Shown here: positions 33,355-43,171 of the stretch, piece by piece
Position numbering within the stretch: position 1 is the first letter of the stretch
Layout of the letters: the number at the start of each line of letters is the position of its first letter
Origin: Longimicrobiales bacterium
GTDB lineage: Bacteria; Gemmatimonadota; Gemmatimonadetes; Longimicrobiales; Gaopeijiaceae
Direction of reading: 5' to 3'
Assembly: GCA_965248195.1 (NCBI GenBank)
Contig: CBDFIQ010000002.1
Span: 1,312,001 to 1,376,000 of the forward strand
Length of the DNA: 64,000 nucleotides
Position numbers and translations under genes: made by a program
The notes under the pieces: model-generated
Database searches by the model: none
What the model was told of the DNA's origin: nothing
What the model saw: only the letters and a program-made list of their open reading frames with translations

Positions 33355-34730
33355 GGTAGTGTCCCTAGATTTGTGTAAAAGCGGATAAGCTGGACAGGAG
33401 GGAAAGAAAAACGGAAGCTCCTCTGTTGTTGTTCACTGTCACATGAACCCGGGAGTCCGGGTCTGCAGAGCAGGCTCGGAACCGGAGAGGAGCTTCCGAT
33501 GCAAGAGATTGTGGAGATCGGTCGGGCCACGCAAGACGAGCTACGCGATGATTTGCGCGAGCTGTTTCAAGGCGCGATCCGGCTGACGCTCGAGATGGTG
33601 CTGGAAGAGGAGCTGAAGGCCATGGTAGGTGCACGCCGCTTCGAGCGGGTGGGAAGCCGGAAGGACCATAGGAACGGCACATACCTGAGGCGGCTGCTGA
33701 CGAGCCTGGGGCAGATCGAGGTCGCCATGCCCCGGAGCCGGGACAACGGTTCGCCGGCCGACGTGATCGGCCGCTACCAGCGCAGGAGCCCCGAGCTCGA
33801 CGAGATGATGGTCGAGGCGTATGTGAGCGGCGTGTCACAGCGCAAGATGGGCGACGTCACCGAGGCGCTGATGGGCGAGCGTGTTGGGCGCTCGACGGTG
33901 AGTCGTGTGGCAAAACGGCTCGACGAGGCCGTGGAAGGGCTGCGCCGTGCGCCGATCGAGGGGCCTCACCCCTATCTGTACCTGGACGCCACGTTCTTGG
34001 ACGCCCGCTGGGCCCGCAAAGTCGAGAACGTGAGTGCGCTCGTGGCGTATGCAGTGGGCCCTGAGGGTCACCGACGGCTCCTGGCCGTCACGCTGGGCGC
34101 TGAGGAGTCGCAGCAGAGCTGGTCGGAGCTCCTCGAGCAACTCCAGGACCGCGGCCTCGGCGGTGTCGAGCTCGTGATCGCCGATGAGCACGCAGGCCTG
34201 GCAGCTGCGGTCCGCCGCTTCCTGCCCGAGGCACGCCGTCAGAGGTGTACGGTCCATCTGCAGCGTAATGTGGGGGCGAGGGTCCCCCACCGCCTACGCA
34301 AGCGCGTGGCGCGTGAGGTCTCGGTGATCTTCCAGACATCCGGACTCGCCGAGGCGAAGAAGCTCCTGGGCGAGTTCGGCGCACGCTGGAAGAAGGAGCT
34401 GCCCGAGGCCGTGGAGGTCCTGGAGCGGGGCTTCGGGGCAGCGACGCAGTTCTACGCGTTCCCCGAGGCGCACTGGCCCCGGCTGCGTACCACCAACAGC
34501 CTCGAGCGGCTGCACGGCGAGATCAAACGCAGGATCAAGGCCGCCGGCGCCTTCCCGGACCGGGCCAGCGCCCTCAGGCTCATCACGGCCGTCGCACTCA
34601 GGACCACACACGTCTGGGGCGACCGGCGTTACCTCGACCTCTCACTCCTCCAGAAACAGGAGGTCGCCCAAGCAGCCTAGCCGAAGGCGAGGAGCTTCCT
34701 CCGCTTTTACACACAAATCGGGACTTGACC
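33355..34730 (+). mobile_element. IS256-family element, copy A (1376 bp), no DR
   Basis: Transposase 33499-34680 (YLDAT, IADEH, QRCTVH, RTTNSLER); imperfect IRs ggtagtgtccctagatttgtgtaaaagcgga / tccgcttttacacacaaatcgggacttgacc. Confidence 0.95.
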
Positions 34731-34839
34731 GACCCGGACTCCCGGGTTCATGTGACAGTGAACAACAACAGAGGAGCTTCCGTTTTTCTTTCCCTCCTGT
34801 CCAGCTTATCCGCTTTTACACAAATCTAGGGACACTACC
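34731..34839 (-). mobile_element. 109-bp inverted left-end fragment of the same IS256, abutting copy A
   Basis: Reverse complement of the first 109 bp of copy A. Confidence 0.92.
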
Positions 34840-35839
34840 CCGATCGTGATCGACAGGGCCTTCGTGGCTGTCGCGCCGGCGCTGGTGACCTCCACCTCGA
34901 AATTGGTTGTATCCGCTACCGTGGGCGTACCACTGATCTCGCCCGTCGCCGTGTTGAGCGCGAGGCCAGCAGGCAGCGTCGTCGAGTTAAACATCGCCCA
35001 GGTGTAGCTACCGTCTCCGCCCGTAGCGGTCAGCGTCTCACTGTACGCTACGTTCTCCGTGCCCGTCGGCATCGGCGAACTCGTTGTCAGCGCCAGCGGC
35101 GGGAGTTCTACCGTCACTCTAGCCAGAGTTGTCAGATTCCCACTCGAGGCGGAGACCGTCGCCGAGCCCGGCCCGCTTGCGGTAACGACCCCCCCCCCAT
35201 TGAGACCGTCGCGACTAACGGGTCGGATGTGGTCCATTGTACCGATGGCCGGGGCGCTACCTCATTCCCATACTGATCCAACACGGTCGCACCTAGCGTC
35301 GCCGTGTCCCCTAGAACTGTGAACTGCAGGACGGAATCCCCGAGTATCACCCCACCAGACACGAGTTGTAGCGTAGCTGCCGTGTCGGGCACTGGGACTG
35401 CGGTGAAGGTGGCGAATACGAGGGCCGCACCAGTCTGGTTATCGATGGCGCGCGCCTCCACCGTCTGCGTATCAGCTGCTACCGTGCCCAAAGTCCACCG
35501 CTCGCGGGCCACCCCTGCACTGCCCGTGATAGCAACACCTGCAAAGACAGATCCATTACCTGAAATGACGCGGAAGTTGACCACCTGTTGCGGGACGGGC
35601 TCGTCACTAGCATCCAGTACGCGAACGACCAGCGGCTGGGGCAGTTCCTTACCTACCGTATCGACCTGGGTATTACCCGACACGATGATCAGTGACGCTG
35701 GCGGCCCCGCAGTCGTAGTAGCGGGCTCCGTCGCATTTTCGCCACAAGCGGCGACAGCCGCGAAGAACAGAGCCGGTAGCACAAGGCGTCTCAGAGTTGT
35801 CTCCCGGACGGATCGCTTTTGACGGCTACGGGGGATCAT
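34840..35839 (-). pseudogene. Surface lipoprotein with bacterial Ig-like domains; frameshift in a G10 tract and truncated by the IS256 fragment
   Basis: Lipobox VAAC; SGNTQVDTVG..LPQPLVVRVLD, WTTSDPLVATV and LPAGLALNTATGEISGTPT Ig-like motifs; C10 run at 35189-35198. Confidence 0.8.
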
Positions 35840-35947
35840 CACATCCTCGGCCAGGTAGACGGTTGCCATGCCGCCCTCGCCAAGCTCACGCTCGATGGCG
35901 TAGCGGCCTTCGAGGGCTGCGTTCAGGCGGGTGACGGGATCGGACAT
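35840..35947 (-). pseudogene. 36-codon Ser/Thr kinase N-terminal fragment fused in frame to the Ig lipoprotein
   Basis: MSDPVTRLNAALEGRYAIERELGEGGMATVYLAEDV (Gly-rich loop only). Confidence 0.8.
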
Positions 35948-36184
35948 GGTGGACAACATGCGTCAAAGGCGTGTGGCCCGGCAAGGATCTCACCCCAAGA
36001 GGAATCTGTTAATGGCGTGTGGCAAGCTGGAAGCCCCGTGGATCGTGTGTATTTGTCGTCCAAATTTCTTCGAGCTTCTCTCGGTATCGTGGATGGCCGT
36101 GAACGTCCTCGTGGCTTAGAGGGGAGTTGTCGGCTTGCGCCTGCTGAATGTGAAGACGGCCACGATCGGACTCCGATCGGAAAC

Positions 36185-36239
36185 GTGATAGCACGATGCT
36201 ATCAAAATGCTAGCAAGATGCTAGCAACGTGCTAGCGCC
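36185..36239. repeat. Five 11-bp phased repeats with palindromic core TGCTAGCA
   Basis: gtgatagcacg atgctatcaaa atgctagcaag atgctagcaac gtgctagcgcc. Confidence 0.8.
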
Positions 36240-36491
36240 TTTGGACGCCTTAGAATGGGCCTCTAGCCTCCCCTTTGTTTGTTCACAGGAGCGACCGACT
36301 CCGTGCGGATGAGTTGGTGGGAAGACGACTCTAGAAGCTGTCTTTTCGAAGGTGCCATGGGTGAATAACTTCACCCTAAGTGATTGTAGCATAATAGGTT
36401 GCGCTTAGAGGTCGCGTGACTTATGATGTCAATGTGCGGCCAGCAGGTTCGGTTGCTAGACGACGTAGGAGGAGGGTCAATCACGGCTGGG

Positions 36492-37861
36492 GGTCAAGTC
36501 CCGATTTGTGTGTAAAAGCGGAGGAAGCTCCTCGCCTTCGGCTAGGCTGCTTGGGCGACCTCCTGTTTCTGGAGGAGTGAGAGGTCGAGGTAACGCCGGT
36601 CGCCCCAGACGTGTGTGGTCCTGAGTGCGACGGCCGTGATGAGCCTGAGGGCGCTGGCCCGGTCCGGGAAGGCGCCGGCGGCCTTGATCCTGCGTTTGAT
36701 CTCGCCGTGCAGCCGCTCGAGGCTGTTGGTGGTACGCAGCCGGGGCCAGTGCGCCTCGGGGAACGCGTAGAACTGCGTCGCTGCCCCGAAGCCCCGCTCC
36801 AGGACCTCCACGGCCTCGGGCAGCTCCTTCTTCCAGCGTGCGCCGAACTCGCCCAGGAGCTTCTTCGCCTCGGCGAGTCCGGATGTCTGGAAGATCACCG
36901 AGACCTCACGCGCCACGCGCTTGCGTAGGCGGTGGGGGACCCTCGCCCCCACATTACGCTGCAGATGGACCGTACACCTCTGACGGCGTGCCTCGGGCAG
37001 GAAGCGGCGGACCGCAGCTGCCAGGCCTGCGTGCTCATCGGCGATCACGAGCTCGACACCGCCGAGGCCGCGGTCCTGGAGTTGCTCGAGGAGCTCCGAC
37101 CAGCTCCGCTGCGACTCCTCAGCGCCCAGCGTGACGGCCAGGAGCCGTCGGTGACCCTCAGGGCCCACTGCATACGCCACGAGCGCACTCACGTTCTCGA
37201 CTTTGCGGGCCCAGCGGGCGTCCAAGAACGTGGCGTCCAGATAGGGGTGAGGCCCCTCGATCGGCGCACGGCGCAGCCCTTCCACGGCCTCGTCGAGCCG
37301 TTTTGCCACACGACTCACCGTCGAGCGCCCAACACGCTCGCCCATCAGCGCCTCGGTGACGTCGCCCATCTTGCGCTGTGACACGCCGCTCACATACGCC
37401 TCGACCATCATCTCGTCGAGCTCGGGGCTCCTGCGCTGGTAGCGGCCGATCACGTCGGCCGGCGAACCGTTGTCCCGGCTCCGGGGCATGGCGACCTCGA
37501 TCTGCCCCAGGCTCGTCAGCAGCCGCCTCAGGTATGTGCCGTTCCTATGGTCCTTCCGGCTTCCCACCCGCTCGAAGCGGCGTGCACCTACCATGGCCTT
37601 CAGCTCCTCTTCCAGCACCATCTCGAGCGTCAGCCGGATCGCGCCTTGAAACAGCTCGCGCAAATCATCGCGTAGCTCGTCTTGCGTGGCCCGACCGATC
37701 TCCACAATCTCTTGCATCGGAAGCTCCTCTCCGGTTCCGAGCCTGCTCTGCAGACCCGGACTCCCGGGTTCATGTGACAGTGAACAACAACAGAGGAGCT
37801 TCCGTTTTTCTTTCCCTCCTGTCCAGCTTATCCGCTTTTACACAAATCTAGGGACACTACC
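36492..37861 (-). mobile_element. IS256-family element, copy B (1370 bp), no DR
   Basis: Transposase 36542-37717 is 391 aa: in-frame 6-bp deletion (YLYLD to YLD) and Q to R substitution relative to other copies. Confidence 0.95.
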
Positions 37862-40127
37862 CATGGAGCTGGTCCGTGGAATTCCCATTGTCGACTACTG
37901 CGACCAGCACCGCCTCACAGTCTGGGAGCGCGTTCGGCTCTTCGTCCAGGCGTGTCTGGCCGTGCAGCACGCCCACCAAAAGGGCGTCATTCACCGCGAC
38001 CTGAAACCCTCCAACATCCTGGTCACCGAAGCGGACGGGAAGCCCCTGGCCAAGATCATCGACTTTGGAGTCGCCAAGGCTGCTGAGCGGCCCCTCACGG
38101 ACCAGGCGGTTGCGACCGACATCGATCAGGTCATGGGAACTCCGGCGTATATGAGTCCGGAGCAAGCTGGTGTGCTTGGGGTGGACGTGGACACTCGCAC
38201 CGACGTCTACTCCCTCGGGATGACGCTCTACGAGCTGCTTGCGGGAGCCGGACCGTTCGAATCGGGGGCGTATCGGGGTTGGGCGAGGTTGGCCACGGCG
38301 CTGGAGCGGGAACCGCCGACGCCGAGCCGTCGACTGACCGAGCTCGGCGTGAGCCAGGTGATGGTGGCCGAGCACCGGCGGACCGACGCGTCGACCCTCA
38401 GGCGAGTGCTCCGGGGCGATCTGGACTGGATCGTCATGAAGGCCATCGAGAAGGACCGTAGCCATCGCTACGAAACCGCCGAGAGCCTAGCCCTGGAGCT
38501 TCTTCGTTACCTCGATGACGAGCCGGTCCTGGCCCGGCCGCCGAGCGCCGGGTACCGAATGGGTAAGTTCACGCGGCGTCACAAGGTGGGCGTGGCGTTC
38601 ACGGCGACGCTGGCGGTCTTGCTCGTTGGTGTCACGGTCAACCAGACGATACAAGCCGAGCGCATCCGGCAAGCTCTTGAACTTGCAGACGCCCGGCGTG
38701 GCCAAGCCGAGGGCTTGATCGACTTCGTGCTCAGTGACCTATGGCCCAAGCTCGAGCCGATCGGTCGGTTGGCGATCCTCAACGACGTGGGCGACCAGGC
38801 GATGGCGTACTTCGCGACGCTCCCGGAGGAGGAGTTCAGCGACCAGGAGCTCAGTAGTCGTTCCCAGGCTTTGTACCTGATCGGTGACGTACGCATGACC
38901 CAAGGCAATGCAGCCGAGGCCGTCGCGGCCTTTCGTGAGTCGTTACGGCTTGCAATGGAACTGAGCGCTCGTGATCCCTGGAACACTGAACGACTTTTCG
39001 ATCTCTCTCAAAGTCACTTCTACGTCGGGAACGCGGCCTACAGAGCGGGCGAACTGGGAGCCGCGGAGGCCGACTTTCAGACATACTTGGAGTTGGCCGA
39101 GACGCTCGTGGATCGTGACGAGGCCAATCTGGACTACCGCATGGAACTGGCGTTCGCCCACAGCAACATCGGGTCCGTGCGGGAGGCGCGCGGGGATCTC
39201 GAGGGGGCAGTGGAGGCCTTCTCGCTGGCCCTCGCCGCGAACGCCGATTTGGTCCGTCGGCGCCCTGATGACCCGGACTGGCTGGACGAACTCGCCGTCT
39301 CCCATAATCTACTGGGCGTGGTATACCGGAAGCTGGGGCTGTACGAGGCAGCGTTGGAGCAGCACCGTAGGGAGTACGAGTTGAGGACCCAGCTCCTTGA
39401 GCGTGATCCGTCGCATTTCTCCTGGCAGTTCGAGCTGACACAGGCGCATTACTTCATGGGAGAACTTCAGACGATCATGGGGGACGTCGAGGGCGCCTTT
39501 CGGAGTCAGGAGTCATCGGCTTCGACCCTCGATGCCCTCGTGGCCTATGACCCTACAAATACCATGTGGCGCCAGGGGGCTGCTGCCTCTCACCGACAGC
39601 TCGCTGTCACTCTAGCCAGGATGGGACGGCGCCAAGAGGCCGTTCAGTCCTTCGAAAAGGCGATCTCCAGCCTGGAGGGTCTGGTCCAAACGGATTCCAC
39701 AGGGTTCGAGTGGCGACGCTACCTGGGATCGACACATTCGACGTTCGCCCGGGCTCTTCTGGCGTTCGAGGAACCAGCGATGGCGCTTCATGAGGCCGAA
39801 ACCGCGCGAATTCTCCTTGCCGATGCTCGGGGAGATGGGCAGGGACTGCCACACGCGCGCATCGAGAACGAGCTCGCGATGGGACATGCGTTCGCCGATC
39901 TCGGAAGACCCCAGGAAGCCCATGAGGCCTGGAGCCGCGCCTTGACGTCCCTGCTGCGACTGGCAGACGGAGCGGGCGCCGCCGAGTTTCGGCCCATGCT
40001 GGCGGAGGCTTACGTCGTGCTGGATCGCCCCGTAGATGCCCGACGCGAACTGGAAAAGCTCTGGAATCAGGGATACGGGGACCAGTACCTGCGTGAGCTA
40101 GCGACCGAGAGCGGGATCGTTCCCTGA
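37862..40127 (+). pseudogene. Membrane Ser/Thr protein kinase with C-terminal TPRs, N-lobe removed by IS256
   Basis: HRDLKPSN, DFG, GTPAYMSPEQ and DVYSLG motifs, a TM near HKVGVAF and many TPR-like helices; no Gly-loop or VAxK. Confidence 0.88.
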
Positions 40128-40210
40128 GTAAGGGATCGTCGTGCTTTACCGCGCAACCGGATGGGTCCGGGACGCGGATTTCATTCAGCCTAGGATAAGG
40201 AGAAAACACC

Positions 40211-40648
40211 ATGGCCTCCCCGGAACAACAAGCAGTGCCTTCGACCTGGAATCGGAATGTCGACTACAACGCCGGGACCGATTTTCTCGACGTCTCCGTC
40301 ACCGGCAACAACCCCCCGCCCCCTGCCGCCCCAGCGGGCCAAACAAGGAACGACACCGCGGATGAAATCACCGTCTTTAGCGTAGATCGAGGGGGCGGCG
40401 GCGCCAGGATCCTTTACCACGCGCCCGGCAACGAAGTCGAACTCACCGGGATCGAGATGAAGAACGGAGATCCCATACCCGACCACCTAGAGGTTTTCGT
40501 GAACCCTCCCGGTACATTGCTGAGGCTTACCGTCACGAAGGACGACGATGACACCTCCGACGAGGTCTGGGACTATTACGTCCAAGGCACGGTCGATGGC
40601 GAGGCAAAGCAGACCGAGGATCCAAGGATCCGCAATCGCGGCCAATAA
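40211..40648 (+). CDS. Small acidic beta-rich protein ending in DPRIRNRGQ
   Basis: TAAGGAG RBS; 145-aa ORF; paralog immediately downstream. Confidence 0.8.
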   Translation: MASPEQQAVPSTWNRNVDYNAGTDFLDVSVTGNNPPPPAAPAGQTRNDTADEITVFSVDRGGGGARILYHAPGNEVELTGIEMKNGDPIPDHLEVFVNPPGTLLRLTVTKDDDDTSDEVWDYYVQGTVDGEAKQTEDPRIRNRGQ

Positions 40649-40706
40649 CACTTCGGGCTCGAGGTCATTGACGAGGTAGACCCACCTAGACTAAGGAGAA
40701 AGGACC

Positions 40707-41123
40707 GTGGCAGCTTGGAACCGGAAGATCGAAATCATTAAGCCGAGAAACCGGAAAGAGTATTTGGGCTGCAGGAAGTCCCGAGTGAACGCCAACCCGC
40801 CCCCCGTGCCCGGCCATGACCCTAGGACCGACACGGGCCCTACCATCAACCACCTACAAGAAAGATCGAGGGAAGAACGGTGCCAAGATCAAATACCACT
40901 CCATGCGTAATGAAGTGGTCCTCACCGGGATCAGGATGAAGAACGGAAGCCGTCCCTCCGACCTAACTGTTAACCCCGTCTCCCAAACGCTACTCGAACT
41001 TACCAGCAAAGGGAGGAGGACACGGACTGGAAGTATTACGTCCAAGGGTATTACATGGATGAGAAAAACAAGAAGGTTGAGCTGGAGACCAAGGATCCGA
41101 GGATCCGCAATCGCGGCCAATAA
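40707..41123 (+). pseudogene. Basic paralog of the 40211 protein with two compensating frameshifts
   Basis: AAGGA RBS; segments WNRK, NPPP, DRG..GAKI.YH..NEV.LTGI.MKNG, W.YYVQG and DPRIRNRGQ spread over frames; indels near 40848 and 41012. Confidence 0.8.
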
Positions 41124-41270
41124 CATTTGGGCTCGAGTTCGTCGACGGGGTAGACCGTGGTCACGCCTCCATGCTGTTCGAGAGGCGTTGAGTTTCGAGC
41201 GCCAGCGCCTTTTCAAGCAGACTCGCGATAGCGGGGGGGGGCGTCGCAGGCCTCGACGCCCCTCCGTGGC

Positions 41271-42620
41271 TCACGGATCGAAATTCAGCAACGCGTGTCG
41301 TCGCTCCGGGATCCTGGACCAGGGATCGATCTCCACGACGCGATAAAGTGGAGAGAACCCCAGCTTCAACTTCAACTCCATCACGGCTTCCCGCAGCGAT
41401 GCGGGGATGGCTCCCTCGGATAGCTCCCGTCCGTTCTCCTCTCTGCCGCCAGTTTCCGCTCGACCGAAGAGGTCGTTCTGAGACGTCGCGGGACCGAACT
41501 GGAAGAACTCCACCATGAGGGCCTCGACCGCACGCAGGGGAGGGGACAGGGCCATCCGAGCTCGGATGGTGAAGGCGATTCGGTCCCGCTGGGACGTGGG
41601 CTCTCGAAGGATCGTCTCCAGGGCCCACGAGCCCCCACCCTCCAGACGCGCCCCGAGGCGCACTCCCTGTATGCTCCGGCCTTTGCGCTCCAGACGGGCC
41701 AGCGTCCGTTCCAGGAGCCGGTCGAGAGCGCCGTGGAGCGTGTCCACTTGGCCCACGGGGGTGTGGAATTCCATAGAGGCGCGGATCGGCTGCGGGCGGT
41801 AGTACGGCTGGACGGGGTCGATGCGCTCACCCGTGGCCCACATCAGGGCCCTCTGTCCGTCGGGGCCGAACTGTCCGACCAGGGCAGAGCTCGGAAAGCG
41901 AATCAGGTCGCCCAGGGTCTCTATGCCGAGTCGCTCGAGTCGCTCGGTCATGACCGCATCCACCGGGAGCACGGAGACAGGACACGGGTTCAGGAATGCC
42001 GGCAACTCCTGGTCCGGAACGATCACGGGCCGGCCCGGGCCCGCTCCGGCTGCGGCCACCCAGGCCCCGAATTTTCCGGGGGCCCATCCGATTCTCGTGG
42101 CGGCCACTAGTGGGCGAGGGAAAATCTTCAGGAGCGTGTGCAGAACCCTCTCCACCTGGCGCGATGGTGAGCCGTACAGCCGGCCGAGCCCATCCATGCC
42201 GACGAAGATCCGCCCACGGCCGGCGGGCTCCACGATGGGGCTCAGGCCCGACAGGGTTTCCAGAAGCTCTTCCTGCGTAGCGTCGTAGTGGGCGGGATCG
42301 GGCTCCAGGAGGGTGAGGGAAGGGCAGAGGGCGACGGCCTGCGAGATGAGTTGCCCCGGCCGTACGCCTGCGATCGAAGCGCGCTCGGAGACTTGCCATA
42401 TGGTTCTCCGGGTGTTCTCCCCCGGAGAGAGAAGGGCTACGGACGTGCTGTCCAACTCGGGAGTTCGAACCAGTTCCAGCCGAAGCTCGAACGTGGGCAG
42501 CCAGGCGCACAGTGCCTGGCGGCTTCCACGCTGCCGGGTGGCGATGGGGCCCCTGTGATCCCACCCACAAACGCTGGGGTGGGTGGGAACACCATACATG
42601 CGTGAACGGGGCTTCGACAT
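41271..42620 (-). CDS. imuB: ImuB-like inactive Y-family polymerase
   Basis: GVRPGQ..SQA.ALCP, SPIVE, LERLGIETLGDL and PWSRIPERR; catalytic acidic motifs absent; start uncertain. Confidence 0.75.
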   Translation of the reverse strand: MSKPRSRMYGVPTHPSVCGWDHRGPIATRQRGSRQALCAWLPTFELRLELVRTPELDSTSVALLSPGENTRRTIWQVSERASIAGVRPGQLISQAVALCPSLTLLEPDPAHYDATQEELLETLSGLSPIVEPAGRGRIFVGMDGLGRLYGSPSRQVERVLHTLLKIFPRPLVAATRIGWAPGKFGAWVAAAGAGPGRPVIVPDQELPAFLNPCPVSVLPVDAVMTERLERLGIETLGDLIRFPSSALVGQFGPDGQRALMWATGERIDPVQPYYRPQPIRASMEFHTPVGQVDTLHGALDRLLERTLARLERKGRSIQGVRLGARLEGGGSWALETILREPTSQRDRIAFTIRARMALSPPLRAVEALMVEFFQFGPATSQNDLFGRAETGGREENGRELSEGAIPASLREAVMELKLKLGFSPLYRVVEIDPWSRIPERRHALLNFDP

Positions 42621-42652
42621 GGTCGGATGAGTCATCGGAGAAAACGAAACGA

Positions 42653-42671
42653 TACCGAATAAAAACCGAAA
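42653..42671 (-). promoter_or_regulatory. Candidate operator TTCGGT-N5-TTCGGT upstream of imuB, also at 28172-28190 and 32380-32397
   Basis: taccgaataaaaaccgaaa; near-identical copies elsewhere in the island. Confidence 0.55.
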
Positions 42672-42751
42672 GTCGAAGATAGGTCGAAAAATACAAAGGA
42701 GCAAGCCATCCCCGCCCTCACCGAGCGGACGCTCGATCACCCCGGCTCGTT

Positions 42752-42991
42752 GTGCCATGTGCGTGTACGGTGAAGGCAGTAGCCAAGGAGACAGGTCGGG
42801 CACCATCGACAGTCCGAGAGTGGCTCATCTCCGGGGCTCTATGTGGCTACAAGCTCAACGGTCGTGACTGGCGTGTTTCCCGCGATTCTCTCCGCAACTA
42901 TCTCCACGCGCAATCCACCCAGGCGACCGAGACAGAAGGTGAGGTGGGCAAGGTGGACATCGCGGCTTGGCGGAGGGTCCGGGGAGCATAA
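42752..42991 (+). CDS. Excisionase-like helix-turn-helix protein (probably 5'-truncated)
   Basis: TVKAVAKETGRAPSTVREWL..GAL.GYKLNGRDWRVSR matches the MerR-like/HTH_17 pattern. Confidence 0.7.
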   Translation: MPCACTVKAVAKETGRAPSTVREWLISGALCGYKLNGRDWRVSRDSLRNYLHAQSTQATETEGEVGKVDIAAWRRVRGA

Positions 42992-43171
42992 GCGTCCCCG
43001 CGAGGATTCGCCTACACCACCAACGGCAGCCCCCGCGAAGATCAGATTTCGAACGCCAGCCGGATCGAGACGGCGATCACTGAGACACATACGGCCGTTT
43101 CGAGCGTGAACGTGCACAACAACGTCCACAGCTCGGGGAGGGATTGGCCTAACTAAAGGACGAACGAGGCG

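Noticed and set aside
35840..35947. Kinase fragment as the missing N-lobe of the 37862 kinase
   Set aside because: Opposite strand, covers only the Gly loop, not bounded by an IS end and no matching DR.
36361..36435. AT-rich stretch with ATAA/TTAT boxes as a dif or res site
   Set aside because: Does not fit the 11-6-11 dif layout, and there is no resolvase nearby.
37686..37861. MARPISTISC... N-terminus on ORFs 37686, 44372 and 48421
   Set aside because: Antisense read-out from the IS256 left end, not part of the native proteins.
43075..43155. Second integrase C-terminal remnant (AITE..TYGRF)
   Set aside because: Requires a frameshift and rests on only a few residues.
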